Below are positions 11,680-24,310 of a stretch of DNA of 64,000 nucleotides, piece by piece. The stretch's first letter is position 1. Each line of letters opens with the position of its first letter. The notes beneath the pieces were generated by a model. The model was not told where the DNA came from, did no database searches, and worked only from the letters and a program-made list of their open reading frames with translations. The DNA comes from Rhodosorus marinus CCMP1338. Its lineage: Eukaryota; Plantae; Rhodophyta. Position numbers and translations under genes: made by a program. Where the stretch lies: assembly GCA_029953675.1 (NCBI GenBank), contig JAMWBK010000006.1:1860001-1924000 (forward strand), in the 5' to 3' direction.

Positions 11680-14600
11680 AGCATCAATCCGTAGTGCTCC
11701 CAATCGGGATGGGACTTCTACAGCCAAAGCATGCGTTTGTGAGCAAATGTTTGCGGATGAACTAATGACTGAGGTGGAATGCACTACGCCTTTTGCAGGA
11801 ACGACTTGCGAACTTTGCACTCGAGGCGTTTGAAGAGATTGACGGTGCAATGGTTGCAAGACAGTACATTCCCTTTTCCGAACTCGTGTGCACGATTAAT
11901 CCTGGCAAGCTATCGCAAGAGGCCCCTTCGCAAAGCCCACAATCTACCTTCAAAGACGCGGATGAGTATATCTCCTATTTCGAGCCTCTTATTGTTGCAG
12001 AGCTGAAGGCAGAGTTCTCCAACGCTGTCGAAAAGTTTGCAAGGGATGGCGGAGAGGCTAGTGCATTTAGGTCCTCCTTGCCACCCCAGGGCAATCGGAA
12101 GGGCTCGTCTGGTCGCAAGGACGATGGTAGGTGTAGCTTCATTGGCCGCTTAACATGTGAACTGGAATTCAGAAGATTTCTTGTGGATCGCCAGCGGGTT
12201 GTCCACTGCGCGCGGTCATTCTGTTTGCGAAGGTTGAGAATACATTTCAGCTAGTTGAGGCTCAGCCCTTCAACAACCCACACAATGTAGGTCTCCGAGA
12301 GGGAGATACAATAGCAGCTTGGGCTTGCGGCAAGAGTCCCTCTGAAAAGCCGCAGAAGGCTCTCCCCGGGTCATCGGCAATTGGTATTGTCGAGCGCATA
12401 ACGCCTGTCGGCAACACCTTTGTCAAAGCTGTTCTGCCCGAAGCGTCGCCCCCCTTCAAGGATGGGACGGTGAGTCAACAATGAGATTAAATGGGTTCTT
12501 TAGCTCTCACGACTCTACTTTGGAAGCTTGGCCTAATACAGTGCACTCGTTATTGTGAAACCGTAGGAAGTTGTTCTCCTGAAGTTAGGCTCTATTATTA
12601 CGTATCAACGAGAGCGCGAGGCTCTTTACCGCTTGCCGAGGGCGACGCTACTATCTGCACTCCTACAGCCAGCATCTCCCATTGCCCAAGGAACCAATGC
12701 AAAGGTTTGAGGCTTAGCCGGAACCGGTTCAGGAATCGATTTTTGTTGCTTTTGAGCGCTTCTGGTGGTTCTGCTCCGCCGTCTTTCTCTAACAAGTTTG
12801 TCGCCTCTCTCTGATACCACAGAGAACCACAGCTCAGTTTCTGGAAATGGTTGTTTCCCGGAATGGGCTAAATCCATCACAAGCTGATGCCGTTGTCTCG
12901 GCAGTAAAATCCGGCACCGGTTTTGGAATCATACAAGGTTTGCCAAGCGCCATCTGTTTGCATAGTTGGAACTGGGTTTTCGTTCGGTCTGGTCCGTGCT
13001 ACTTACTCAAATTGTCGCGGCATTGATTAACTCTCCAGGTCCACCTGGAACTGGGAAAACACGAACACTTGTGGCGCTTCTGAACGTTATCCATGTCTTG
13101 GAGTACCAGGCGTACTACGAGAGTTTCCTCAGGTAGGTCAATCCGTGAACTCATTTTCAGTGTTGTTCCTGTTCCGCTGATTGGTGAGTGACTCACGGGA
13201 ACACAGGTCAATTCAAGTGCCGTTGTCAGACTCAAGGAGCGATTCTTCCTCAGGTCAGCGGCACAATGGAAACGCTACTAGACTGGACATGGATCAGAAC
13301 TCGGGAAGCTTGAAATCTATGCTTGCTTCTCTGGGGAAAACCCTCGCCGAGGTGCCTCGGGAGCGGTCACGGAGGCCGAGAATGCTGGTAAGTTCGAGAC
13401 AACATTCTAGTCGCGTGGGCTCTGATTATGATGCTAATTTTTTATATGTCCATGTTATTTGTATTCCAGGTTTGCGCACCATCTAATGCGGCAGTGGACG
13501 AAGCGCTAACGAGAATTATCAACGAAGGATTTCTCGACGACTATGGGCGCAGGTACAGCCCGGAGCTCGCACGATTGGGATCGAAGGAAGTAATCTCAAG
13601 CGGCGCTCGTTTCGTTTCAGCGCAGGGCCAGGTATGGCCCATTATCTGCCAATTCCTAATTTGGTGTTGAACCGAGTTGCTCCAAATTTGCATGGACATG
13701 TTTGCTAACACACAGCATCTGGCGGCTATCAGGCGGAAGCCTTTGTGGAGCGAGCCCTCGGACCGCACAATAAGAAAAGTCCGCACGCCGGGGATCCCAG
13801 CAGAATGCAGCATTGGATCAGCGACTGGACGAAAAGGTTCGGGTGCCCAGTAGCCAGTGCCGTTTGGCAGCGTCAGAACTAACAAGGCAATGAACAATCC
13901 CTGCTTACAGGACCGATAGACTGCTCCTCGAGCTAAAGCACACGAAGCGGACGCCTGAAATTGCACCAAAACTTGTAGATATCCATGAACAGCTGAGGAG
14001 GCTGGAGAGGGTGAGAATCTGAGGACAAGACTCCACCGCTCATTTGTTTCGGCCTGACCCCGGTTCCAATTCCGCAGGACATGGTGAGGTTTGAGATCGC
14101 CTCATCCACTGTGCTATCGAGAGAGGAGAAAGCAAGGAGAATTGAGAGAACGTACATAGAAGATGCACAATTGGTATTCGCTACGCTTTCCGGAGTAGCG
14201 ACACTCATGTCGGCTCTTGGAGGAGCTGATCTAACATTCGAAACGCTCGTAATTGACGAAGCTGCACAGGTACGGCACGAGCTTGCTTGACGCTTTTCGT
14301 GCATCCGTCTCCCGTGTTCAGCATCCCATTTAGTCCCATCCGCTGACTCTTTTCGCAGGCAACAGAGCCATCCTCCATAATACCGTTGGCGTTTGGAGTC
14401 CGGCGATGCATGATGGTTGGGGATCCTCAGCAGCTCCCAGCAACCATCTTCAGCACTGGCTCGACGAAGCTTGCTTACGGCATTAGCCTTTTGGAGAGGT
14501 CCGTGGAAGCACGGAAGAAAGTGCCATTTTTTCTTTCCTGACGTTAGTATATTTTGCCCGCACTTTCTCAGGCTTGTAAAAGCAGGTATGCCCGTGTTAC

Positions 14601-16382
14601 TGCTCGATACGCAGTACCGAATGCACCCCGCAATCAGCATGTTCCCGTCCAAGCATTTCTACAACTCCAGACTCCAAGATGGGGCGAATGTTTTGGGACC
14701 TGGACGGGCGAGATCTTACCATGACGACGATCGCAAGCCGCTCCTCGGACCATACGTCTTCGTCGATGTCAAGAGCGGCACCGAGGAGAAGAGTTCTGCT
14801 GAAAGGTGCGAATAATCGCTATGCTGTTTGGTCGCAACCTCGACACCGCCTCTCTTTCGTTTGTTGAGAGAAGCAATCACTGTATCCGTAGGTCGATGTA
14901 CAACTCTGCTGAGGCGGATCTTGCCATTTCGCTCGTGAAAAAGTTCTTATTTGAATTTGAGAACGAAATGCTCCCCGAAAAGGGCTCCCACGGCATCGCA
15001 GTGGTGACACCTTATAGGAAACAGCTCGTCGCGCTAAAACGGGCACTGTACAGGAAGAAGGTAAGGAACTGTGAATTGAAAGCTTAGGATGAAGTCGTGG
15101 ATGTGCTGGTGACGGAAATTTTGCCTTGGACTTTTCAGGTCCACTTGGGCGACGTCGAAGTAGATACGGTTGACGCTTTTCAGGGACGCGAAAAGGACGT
15201 GATCATTTTTAGCTGCGTTCGGACAACAATGAATCGAGGAATAGGATTCGTTAGGGACATTCGACGAATGAATGTTGGTATCACCCGAGCTCGATGCTCG
15301 ATGATCATTTTGGGAAATGCAGCGTCACTTTCGAGAGGCTCCGATGATTGGGATTCGCTTGTCCTGGACGCGAAAAGCCGAGGATTGTTTATTCAAGTCA
15401 ATGAAATGTCTCAGGACGTGACAATCAGCAACGTCCTACTTCCGGACTATGCTGCGAACAGTCATGGTAGGCACAAACACAAATTCTCCGCGGTACTTGG
15501 CTCGTTCTCAGTAAGTGTTTTTTCGTAGATTCCATGGGAAGTGGCTCGGAGACGACGCTTGCTCGAGATCCGCGCTTGAAACGAGAAGAGGAGCGGGCTA
15601 AGCTGCTCAGCGAGACACGCGGGAAGCGAACGGCAGCGAGGAGTGACCCTAGGAAGACGTTTGATAGCACGACTGTTAAAGTAAGCTATGAAAACACGTT
15701 CTCGAAAGGTAGTGAGCATATCGTTCTCATAGGTGATTTTCAGTACTGATGCATAAATTGTTCGCAGGCGAGTGGTTTTGAGTCGAACGATGAAAGCTCC
15801 GACAACGACTCGAGGACGAACGCGGTCGCTGATGGTCGCTTAGAGGACTTGAGCAAACTTGAGGGACTGGGACTCATGGTGTCGAAGTATCTGGATTCGC
15901 GGAAAAGAAAACAATCGGCTGTTGAACCTCCGACTGCAGAGGGTCTCCCGGAAAAAGCTCCCGAAGCGCACAAGATTTCGACGACTTCAGACCCCAGGAG
16001 GCCTAGATCCATGGAACAAACAAGTGCCGTCTTGGCAGAGGATACGGATGGGTCCCACCCATCCGCATCCATTACAGGGGAGCAGAAGGACGGCGGCAAG
16101 GGCGAAAAGACGAAAGCAAATGCAAATGAGAATAGCGCTCCACCAAAAGCCCTAAATGCGTACGATCCTAGAAAACGGAGACCGGTCGAGCACGCAAGTG
16201 TTGTCTTGCAACCGGGAGTGAAGATTCCAACAAACGAGTCGCTTTCAGCAATGCCAGAGCAGAGGGACTCTGGAGCAAAGATTGGAATGTCCTCCTCCCT
16301 GCAAGACGCAATTAAGGCCTTGCACTCTGCCGTGAACTCGGCAACCGCCGACGGTATTCTCAAGAACAGCAAGTCATCTTGA
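11680..16382 (+). CDS. SEN1: SEN1/senataxin-like superfamily 1B RNA/DNA helicase (5' end uncertain)
   Basis: Spliced motifs IQ|GPPGTGKT, CAPSNAAVDE, VIDEAAQ, MVGDPQQLPAT, LDTQYRMHPAIS, VVTPYRKQ and VDTVDAFQGREKDVIIFSCVR..GIGFVRDIRRMNVGITRAR. Pre-helicase YFEPLIVAE and ITYQRE motifs are present. Low-complexity C-terminal tail. Confidence 0.93.
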
Positions 16383-17169
16383 TGCTATATATCGTGACGA
16401 AGCTTTATCGTGGAATCCGAAGAGACCCCATCACGGACCTTCCAAAGGCCCATCTGTACAAAACGGCTTCGAGGCTTTTTGGGGGGGGCATGACGCGTCC
16501 GATCCGTCGGGAAATTTGGCGCCCGTCGCTTGCCCACCTCAGCCGACCCCTCTTGAGCCTCGATTCTGGATTAGTAAGAGGTTGGTACTGAGGTGTTGTA
16601 TTGCCAGTAGTCATAGCATACATATTACGGCATATATCCAGCAAACCAGTAGCCTCTATTTTTCAGATTCCTTTTAAAAGTCGGTCATTTTTGGACATTT
16701 TTGCAAGTTTGCTGTTTTGGCCTTTTCTTTATTCGTTGAGTTTCCTTTTTTACTGCTGGGGCTTCCTGGAACCCGATTTAGCCCCCTTTCGAGCCCTGAC
16801 TTTCCCCTAGCTAAAATGTGCGCATCAAGACTCAAAAGCATGTCGGGTTGTTGCTGATTTTTGCGGGGTTTATCAGCTTTAATTTACTGATTTTGTAAAA
16901 CACACAACCAGTCACATCCTACCCCACCAGCCTGGATCCCGAGCTCGTCGGACCCATTAAGGCGATGACCGAAGACCGACTCTTTCACAGGAGAGGCGCA
17001 ATCCAGATTCTTCTGTATGATGTAGATTACCGAGCCGGACCTGTTCAGATACAGATTCTTAACAGCCACGAATGGCTAGTTGCGACAATTATTCCCCGTA
17101 ATATCCTGAGAGCTCAGCAACCCATCGCTCCACAATTTATCTCCTACATTCGCATACCTCAATTCTGGA

Positions 17170-17961
17170 AGCCAACCCCTCGAATTTGTCACTTTCGGCG
17201 CAGCTTGACTTACAGTTTCATGTTTTTCACTTGTTTTTTGTTTACAAATGGTGCTCGCATTCTCAACCTGATATTGATGTCTGAATAGCAGTTTCGTTGA
17301 TCTGTGATTCTCGGCATCTTCGATGCCGAACTCTACGCATGCATCATGGCTGCCGACAGCGGTCTAGTATGTAAAGTAGAGATAGAGAGGACCAGTGGTG
17401 ATTTGAGGTTTGATCTACAAACTGTGGACAGCAGCTTGTCTGTTCGAATTGCCTGAAACGAAAGCATCCCGGACTGTCTGCCTCAGGTCTGAACCCACAC
17501 CACGATGAGGAAAGTTGGAGGTGATATCTACCCGCATTCAGCCGGCAATCATAGGTGCAGAATCTCCGTTCCCTAGTTTTTCTTTCGTGACTCACTTGAG
17601 GCAGTATTCGGGCGTAAAGGTTTATGATATGTACTCCATGTCTGAACGCAGTATACCTCCTGACATCCGAATGATCCCAGCGGACGGAATGCACGATCTG
17701 GGAAAACCAGATAAATCATGTCTCTTCTGCTGGTTTGGCCCAGTCTGGCGTCTAATGAACAACATAGAACACTCTCGTTAGAGTGCCATGGGCAAAGAAA
17801 AAATGCTCATTCGTTGAGTCGTTCAGGACATCAACCGCTAGTTGGATAAAACAGGGCTTCTGTACCACCCACAGAACCTTACCAATCAGTAAAACCCGTG
17901 CCATTGCTGAACATTCTGTCGTCCTCCCGCCTCGAAAACGAAGGCAGCGCACACCCTTCAT
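17170..17961 (-). CDS. Hypothetical multi-exon protein
   Basis: A phase-consistent splice path exists (MKGVRC..VLLI|DRAFRPLGSFGCQEVYCVQTWSTY..|RYHLQLSSSWCGF..CCPQF|TAVGSHDACVEFG..KHET). The upstream flank has the same composition as 5' flanks of other minus-strand genes. No homology recognised. Confidence 0.3.
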
Positions 17962-19381
17962 AGATCCTCCCTAGGGTAAGTCAAAAGGCTTCGGTGTATT
18001 CTGTACGCTAAACATTTTTAAAAACCTTCGACAGTCCAATCTTTGGGTGGGGGGGGGGGGGGAGGAGGATGATCTTTACAAGACGCCACTTGAAACATGG
18101 GAATGTCCCACCCACTTCCGAACGGACAGCCCCAAACCAAGGAAGACTCATCCACAAAACCCCTGCGAAAAAATCCTTTCAAGGCATCATACGAAAATGT
18201 TACTATCTTGTACTGATAACATCCGCCGCATCGAGTTTTCAAAATTTTAAACTTTTTCGTATCCCATCCTCACCAATCAAGTTCTAGAAAATTCTAAACC
18301 ATTTCTAATCGTCACGAAGCGGTGACAGCCCTTGCACCCCCTTCCGATGCGAAGAGGGACAGTAGCACAAACCCCTCGCTTATTCCGCAATTTCTAATAA
18401 AACAAATAAATAAATGTCGTATGTAGATCCAAAAAGCACTTCTGAATAACCCCCTGGACAACGATCCGAACCCAATACTGGTAAAACCCCACCCCCCCCA
18501 CCCCCTCCCCGAATTTTTTTTTTGAAGAAGATCCACCCCTCCTACTAACTCCTTTGTTTTAAGGGAGCTCATTCAAGCATATAAACTTAATCGTCAACCC
18601 TAAAGCTAGTCATTAATAACGATAATAAACATTATTATTAATTATTCAGGTTATTCAATCAATATTACCATATGACATTTACATCGTTTGGGTTGACGAA
18701 TCGGTGTTTTAGAAAGGGGGAAGATAGAGGCATACATGTTTTTTATTGGGAAAACTGTATCCGGTCCAGGGAGGGATTTTTGCTCGTGGTCGAGATGGGG
18801 ACTTGGGATTGAGAGAGAAAAATGGTCATTAGGGTTCTTATTAGGGATGGGGCGGGTGCGTCTATGTAAATGGGGGTGTTTTGAGGTGTGGGTATGGGGG
18901 GAGGGGTATTCTGTTCTTGTCTTGTATGTCAATGGAATAAGTGAGGATTTTATTTGGATCGTTTAGGTTTCGGGAGAGGGGAAGAGATTTAGGCTTTGGC
19001 AAAGTAGGAGTGTGTATTTTTCGTGATAAGGGAGGGGATTGAGGAGTTGTTGTGTGTGTGGCGTTGTTGTTTTATTTGTTGTTGGGAGGGGGGCCGGGGA
19101 AGAGGTTGTTCTCCTGAGGGTTTTGGTAGAGTGTTGGATGGTGAAGGGGTTTGGCCTGGTAGGATTTTGATGTATTTGTGAGTTTCTTTTTGAGATTGTC
19201 GTAGGGTTTGACTTTTTTGGGGGGGGCGGGGAAGGGGGGTGGGGGTTGGAACACTGTGAGGGAGGGGTCTAGTTGGTGGTCTCCCCTCGGCCTGATCTTC
19301 CCGGGAGCTAGGGTTTGTCACTCTGTAACTTGTTTGGAAGAGCAGGAATCGGGTGCGTGACTGGTTTTGACCGAGTTGAAA

Positions 19382-21453
19382 ATGATGGGGTTTGTGTCTA
19401 CTGTGCGGGTGCGAAATGCCGCGAGGAGCAACCCTATGATCCGACGTAGACCGTTCAGGACCTATGAATGTAGGCGAGAGTTCCGGGGGATGGTCCGGGT
19501 AAGCACAAGCCCACGATTTCTTATCTGGATCGGTGTATCGGCTTGTCTGATTTATTTTGCCCAAGTGCCTGCGTCGTTTGTGCAGATGACTGGGAGCGAT
19601 TTACCGATGGAATCAACACCACCAGCAGTGCCCGATGAAGAGTCTGCGATAGTCTTGGAAGATCAGAGGCCAAAGTGGGCCCCGGAATGGTTGCCGAACT
19701 GGGTCATAAACCCTAATCCGTGGTTACAGCTTGCAATATTGCTGCCTCTCTACGCTGTACATCTTTTCTACTTCTCAAAGAAAGGCTGGCCGCTGCCTTT
19801 CAAGTTTTTGGCCAAAGATAAAGGTGGCCATTGTAAGTTGTGATCGGGAAAGGCAGTAACTCTGGTATGCTCCCTTATTTTGACTAATCCGTTCTTCTTA
19901 TATGTTTTATCTTACTCATGAAAGCGCTCGGTAAGCATGCAATGGTGATTCAAGTCGATCGGCACCCTACCAGTATTCGTGTCGGTACACTAACGGAGGT
20001 TATCCTGTAGGGTTAGGTAATAATCTGGAGAATTTGACGCTAGACTCTGTGGTTGGCTTCCTTGTCTTAGCTGGCACTCTTATCTGGAGGAAGGTGTGTT
20101 CTAGAACTGTCCATGCTGGTTAAGCTAGATTGTACTAATGCGACGATCACTCTTTCTAGGCTATGAAATTGGAGCCCGTCGTCCCAAATCTCCTGAAGAG
20201 TGAGAATCCGCCTTGGGAGGTATGCCGTTTGGTGTTCCTTGAATAGTACCAATTGACTTCGAATGCACTGGAATGCATTTTTTCCAGGGATTCGTGGAGC
20301 TAACATGGAATGCATCTAAAACTCCCTTTGCGTAATCGTCTCCAGGTCCCAAAGGGTTTGAAGGTCAAACTACTTACTACGATTGCGTTCCTAATCACTG
20401 CGTTCGTTCTTTCCGGTTATGGAGCTGTCTTTTGCGAGCAAGTGAGGGAAAACTGCGGAAATATTGATGTCTCTCTTTATCAACTGATCTGATCATGACA
20501 GCTTCTGATACAGCTTCGATCTTCTGTGGATGCTCGCAGATTTTGTGTGTTCTGTCTGTATATGGTGTTCCTCTAACAATCCCCACAATGCGAGCATGGA
20601 AGGTGTTGTTGGGGCATCTGATGTGGGTGTACATGGGAGTGAAGATCCTTGGTCAGCAGTTGAAGCCTTTCTTCCCACCGAAGGGAAAATGGATTGGGTT
20701 CTCTGTAAAGTCTAACTGGGTTTGGTGGTCAATTGGAGGGTACTACGCGTCGTCTTTTCTTTTCAACTGTGAGCATATAAGCGTTCCGAACGAAGAGGAT
20801 GATGATAATGCTTCACTTGCGTGCATGTCGCCGGACGCTCTCCGTCCTGCTCTGGGAAGCTCACTGCCATTCGAATTTTGCATGCTGCGCAGGTGCTGAC
20901 ATTGTGAATCAGCTGATTATACCCCAGTCGCTTTTCAACGAGGAAACAGTTGTTTCGAAGTTGGTGAATCCCGAGAACAATGACCTTGTTGCTATGCTCA
21001 TAGGATCTCTAGGACCCTGCGTATCTGCACCGGTAGGAAGCTTTTCCAATTGCAGTGCTACGCTTCTCTACGCCACTTCGGTGGAGCTTACCCTCCTTGG
21101 TTTCGTACTTGCCAGGTGTTCGAGGAAATCTTGTACCGAGGGTTTCTGCTGCCGACTTTGGTGTGCTACATGCCCATGCACTTTGCGATTCCTGCAAGCT
21201 CTGTACTGTTTGCCGCGCATCATCTCAATATCTGTGGAGTTTTACCGCTGTCAGTGCTCGGCTTTGTAAGTGAAGAAGCTCGTGGAACGACTTGGAAAGG
21301 TCGCAAGACTACTAACGCTGGTATCCGGTCACCTGGTCAATTAATCAGGCATGGGCAATCATATATACCTTTTCCCGTAATCTGTTGACTACTATCCTAA
21401 TTCACGCGATGTGGAACAGTAGAGTGTTCCTGGGGTCTCTGCTTGGTTTATAG
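19382..21453 (+). CDS. CPBP (Abi / CAAX protease II family) intramembrane glutamic metalloprotease, organelle-targeted
   Basis: Motifs CVSAP|VFEEILYRGFLLP (EExxxR), SSVLFAAHH (FxxxH) and IHAMWN (HxxxN). Multiple TM segments. Transit-like start MMGFVSTVRVR. Confidence 0.9.
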
Positions 21454-21834
21454 TAGGCAGAAACGCCGGTGAGGCTTGTCCAGAATACGACGTATAAGAC
21501 GATCATCTCATCCCGAAGGTTCCGCATGAGAATCGTGACCACCTCCTCAGAAACGCGCCCCGAGCGTATCGTCAACGTGAGCAGCTCAGTGGGTGAAGCT
21601 AACGTGCGTTGGGCCGTTCCAAAATCTGAAGGGTAACCGCGTGCTCGCGCTACGATGTCAAGTGCTCCTAGTCAGAAAGTTTATCTTCTTGTAGTCTACT
21701 GCTTGGAGAAAGGATGAACAATTGGAGGTCTCCCTCAGCATGGGCAGTTATTTTAGAGCCTATTAAATTAGCATTCGTGATTACACCATTGGAATAGAAA
21801 CATAAGCTTCCGACTCAGGACGTTCGTGGTGAGC

Positions 21835-21862
21835 AGCCAGAGCCAGAGCCAGAGCCAGAGCC
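21835..21862. repeat. (AGCCAG)n microsatellite, about 4.7 copies
   Basis: agccag agccag agccag agccag agcc read directly from the sequence. Confidence 0.9.
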
Positions 21863-21890
21863 GAAAACCACAACCAAAGTAAACCCAAGG

Positions 21891-22390
21891 TCAGGACGTG
21901 TGTGCTGATGTCCGTCTTCCTCCGTTAGTCTTGTTGTAAGTGAAGCATCTAGCTCTTGAAGGGCAATTACCCTGGCAGTGCGTACACAACCAGTTCTGAT
22001 TGTTATCGTACTTCTCCACCCCCAGATTAAACGTATCGCAACAAAGCTTGCAAATGACCTACCGAGAGCAGAGATATTAGAATGTGAAGTTTGGGCATGC
22101 GAGGTGTTTCCGGCAACGGGCTTACTTTACGACAAAAACCTACGTGCATGTTCGCACAGACAGCCATCTTCACAGCTCCAGAAGAGCGAGAGCAGATATG
22201 GCAATGGTTGGAGGGAGTTCTGTCAGTGTACTTTTTCCTCTTCTGCCGTCGCGGGCCAGGTTGGACATCCCCTGGATTCGCAGTTCTCTGTCTGCGATTC
22301 TCAATATCGCGCAAATCTTTCAATTGATCCTGAGATTGGATTTCCTGCGGTTTCTTGTAGTAGTCCGGGATCTCAAGCGCTTCTAGTTCG
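21891..22390 (-). CDS. Cys-rich Zn-finger protein, zf-4CXXC_R1-like (5' exons uncertain)
   Basis: Splicing intron 22059-22125 gives RQKRKKYTDRTPSNHCHICSRSSGAVKMAVCANMHVGFCRK|VICKLCCDTFNLGVEKYDNNQNWLCTHCQGNCPSRARCFTYNKTN: 11 Cys preceded by a basic NLS-like patch. Confidence 0.75.
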
Positions 22391-24160
22391 AGCTCTACGC
22401 CTCCTATTTAGTAAATTCACATTTGTACCCTAGTTTAGCGGTCGGTCATAGCCTCACTGGACTGGACGCGGCAGGCATAGATTGCTACGCACCGAGATGT
22501 AGCAAATTCGTCAACCTCCCAGTTAGAACTGCGTCAAGAATGGACATATGGACAATCATATCTCCTCGATTTATCGTAACTCACGAGTCACAACCTCTGA
22601 AATTCTTCACTTAAACCCAAGAGCTTTCTGCTCCCTCAAACAAAAAAGGTCAAGAACTTCATGTTCCATTCCACTGCATGCAAGCTCTAACGTCAGGCCC
22701 GGTGCACCCACCCACCCCGGACAGAAAAAGAGAAGCGCGCAACCCAACAAGTAGACGAAGCAAAGGGACAGATATTCAACTGCTCTCAGAACACCGTGGC
22801 CTTGGAAAACGGAACAGGGTGAGACAAAAAAAAATTCCAAGAAGCTCCCGCGCTGCTCCCTCCCTCAAGAATGTCTCACCACCCGAGACAAAAAAAACGA
22901 AAAAAAAACCACAAAACTTCACCAAAGTTCCCCACACAACGAATGCTGGGCAAAACTCCGCTCTCTCCCACTTCACGAATTCGGACACTCAGCCCTTACA
23001 AGTACTTTCTCACATCCGTTCCCTAACGTTTGCCCAGCTTTTTCACTTTGTTTTTCATTCTATGTCCTCACCATGCGGAACAGAAAACGTTATCCCACAT
23101 TTCTTTCCACTATATTAATGATCCGCTTCCAAAAGTTTCCCCCTTCTCCCTTTCAAGGCACTTTTATCAGCCCACCTTCGAACTCCCGATTCCCATTCAA
23201 AAAAAAATATGACAGAAAATCCCTTCCCAAAACAAACCCCTTCCCCCCCCCCCCCAAAACACAATAAACATCGTTTTTGGAAAACAAAAAAATACAATCC
23301 ACAATTGTCGAATATATTTTTACATAAATATCCATTATAGACAATACTCGCAGGGGGGTGAGATTAGGGGATTCCAGACTAAAAACCTGCCCGTTCCAAT
23401 TTCTGCGCAACGAAGGCATAAAACAAAAAAGGCATCGTCACTACTACCAGTGGAAGTATGAGAGACTTAAAATATTTCCTGCTCTGGTGAAATACTTTTT
23501 AACTGTTCCGATATGAGGAGGTTGGGTTTTTTGTTTTTGGGCGCGGGATGATAATTTACAGGTTAGCAAAATTCGCTCCTCCTCCCCCCCCCCCGCGCTT
23601 CCGCGTTAACAGCGTGAATCCCCTGGCGCACCAATAAAAAAAAAAAAAGAGGGGGAACGTGTCGGTGTGAGATACAAATAGCCAAAAATACCATAACAAT
23701 CCCTGGAATGGGAAAAAAGTTTTATAATTCAAAGGTCGGGTTGCGCTGGATTAAGGCGTATTTCAGCTAATGATTAACGGGAAAAGATCTTCTGTCATGG
23801 AAATGCGCCTAGATTTGTAAGTAAGTACCTGCAGAAGGATAATGCAGGAATAATACTTGCTGCAATCCGTGTAGTATTTTTCAAAAAAGATCCAGAAACA
23901 GAGAGAACACATCGTACAACGTCAAAAGAGATGGGGAGGGGGACGAAGCGAATCAAAAATAGGATTTAAGACTCGTACGTATAGTGGCAAGAAGAGGGGG
24001 GCGGGCGGAGATGTTTTTTAAATCTCAACATGTTTGGATCTTACGGCGTTTAGTAGTGTTTAGTAGTAGAGGGGGGCCGAATTGAGTATAACAAAACATA
24101 GGATTCCGAGTAGGGTCAAAACTGTTCAGAATTCTTATGTTCTTCGTTTGGGATCTGTTG

Positions 24161-24310
24161 AATATTTTATAGTCTTTTATTATTGACAAGAACCCACAAA
24201 ATATATAGTGAATATTTTACGGTCTTTTATTATCTTCAAGAACATAAAAAAATATAGAGAATATTTCATGGTCTTTTATTGTCTTCAAGAAAACACAAAA
24301 TATGTGGTAG
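24161..24310. repeat. Degenerate AT-rich tandem repeat, 3 copies of about 50 bp
   Basis: Units start at 24161, 24211 and 24260, each resembling aatattttayggtcttttattatcttcaagaac..aaaatat. Confidence 0.85.

Noticed and set aside
15740-16372. Long antisense ORFs (also 4108-4608, 13933-14652, 53334-53933, 62631-63125)
   Set aside because: They lie opposite well-supported genes and are typical shadow frames of GC-balanced coding DNA.
24161-24310. CRISPR-like array
   Set aside because: Units are contiguous and diverged along their whole length, with no unique spacers and no cas genes; the context is eukaryotic.
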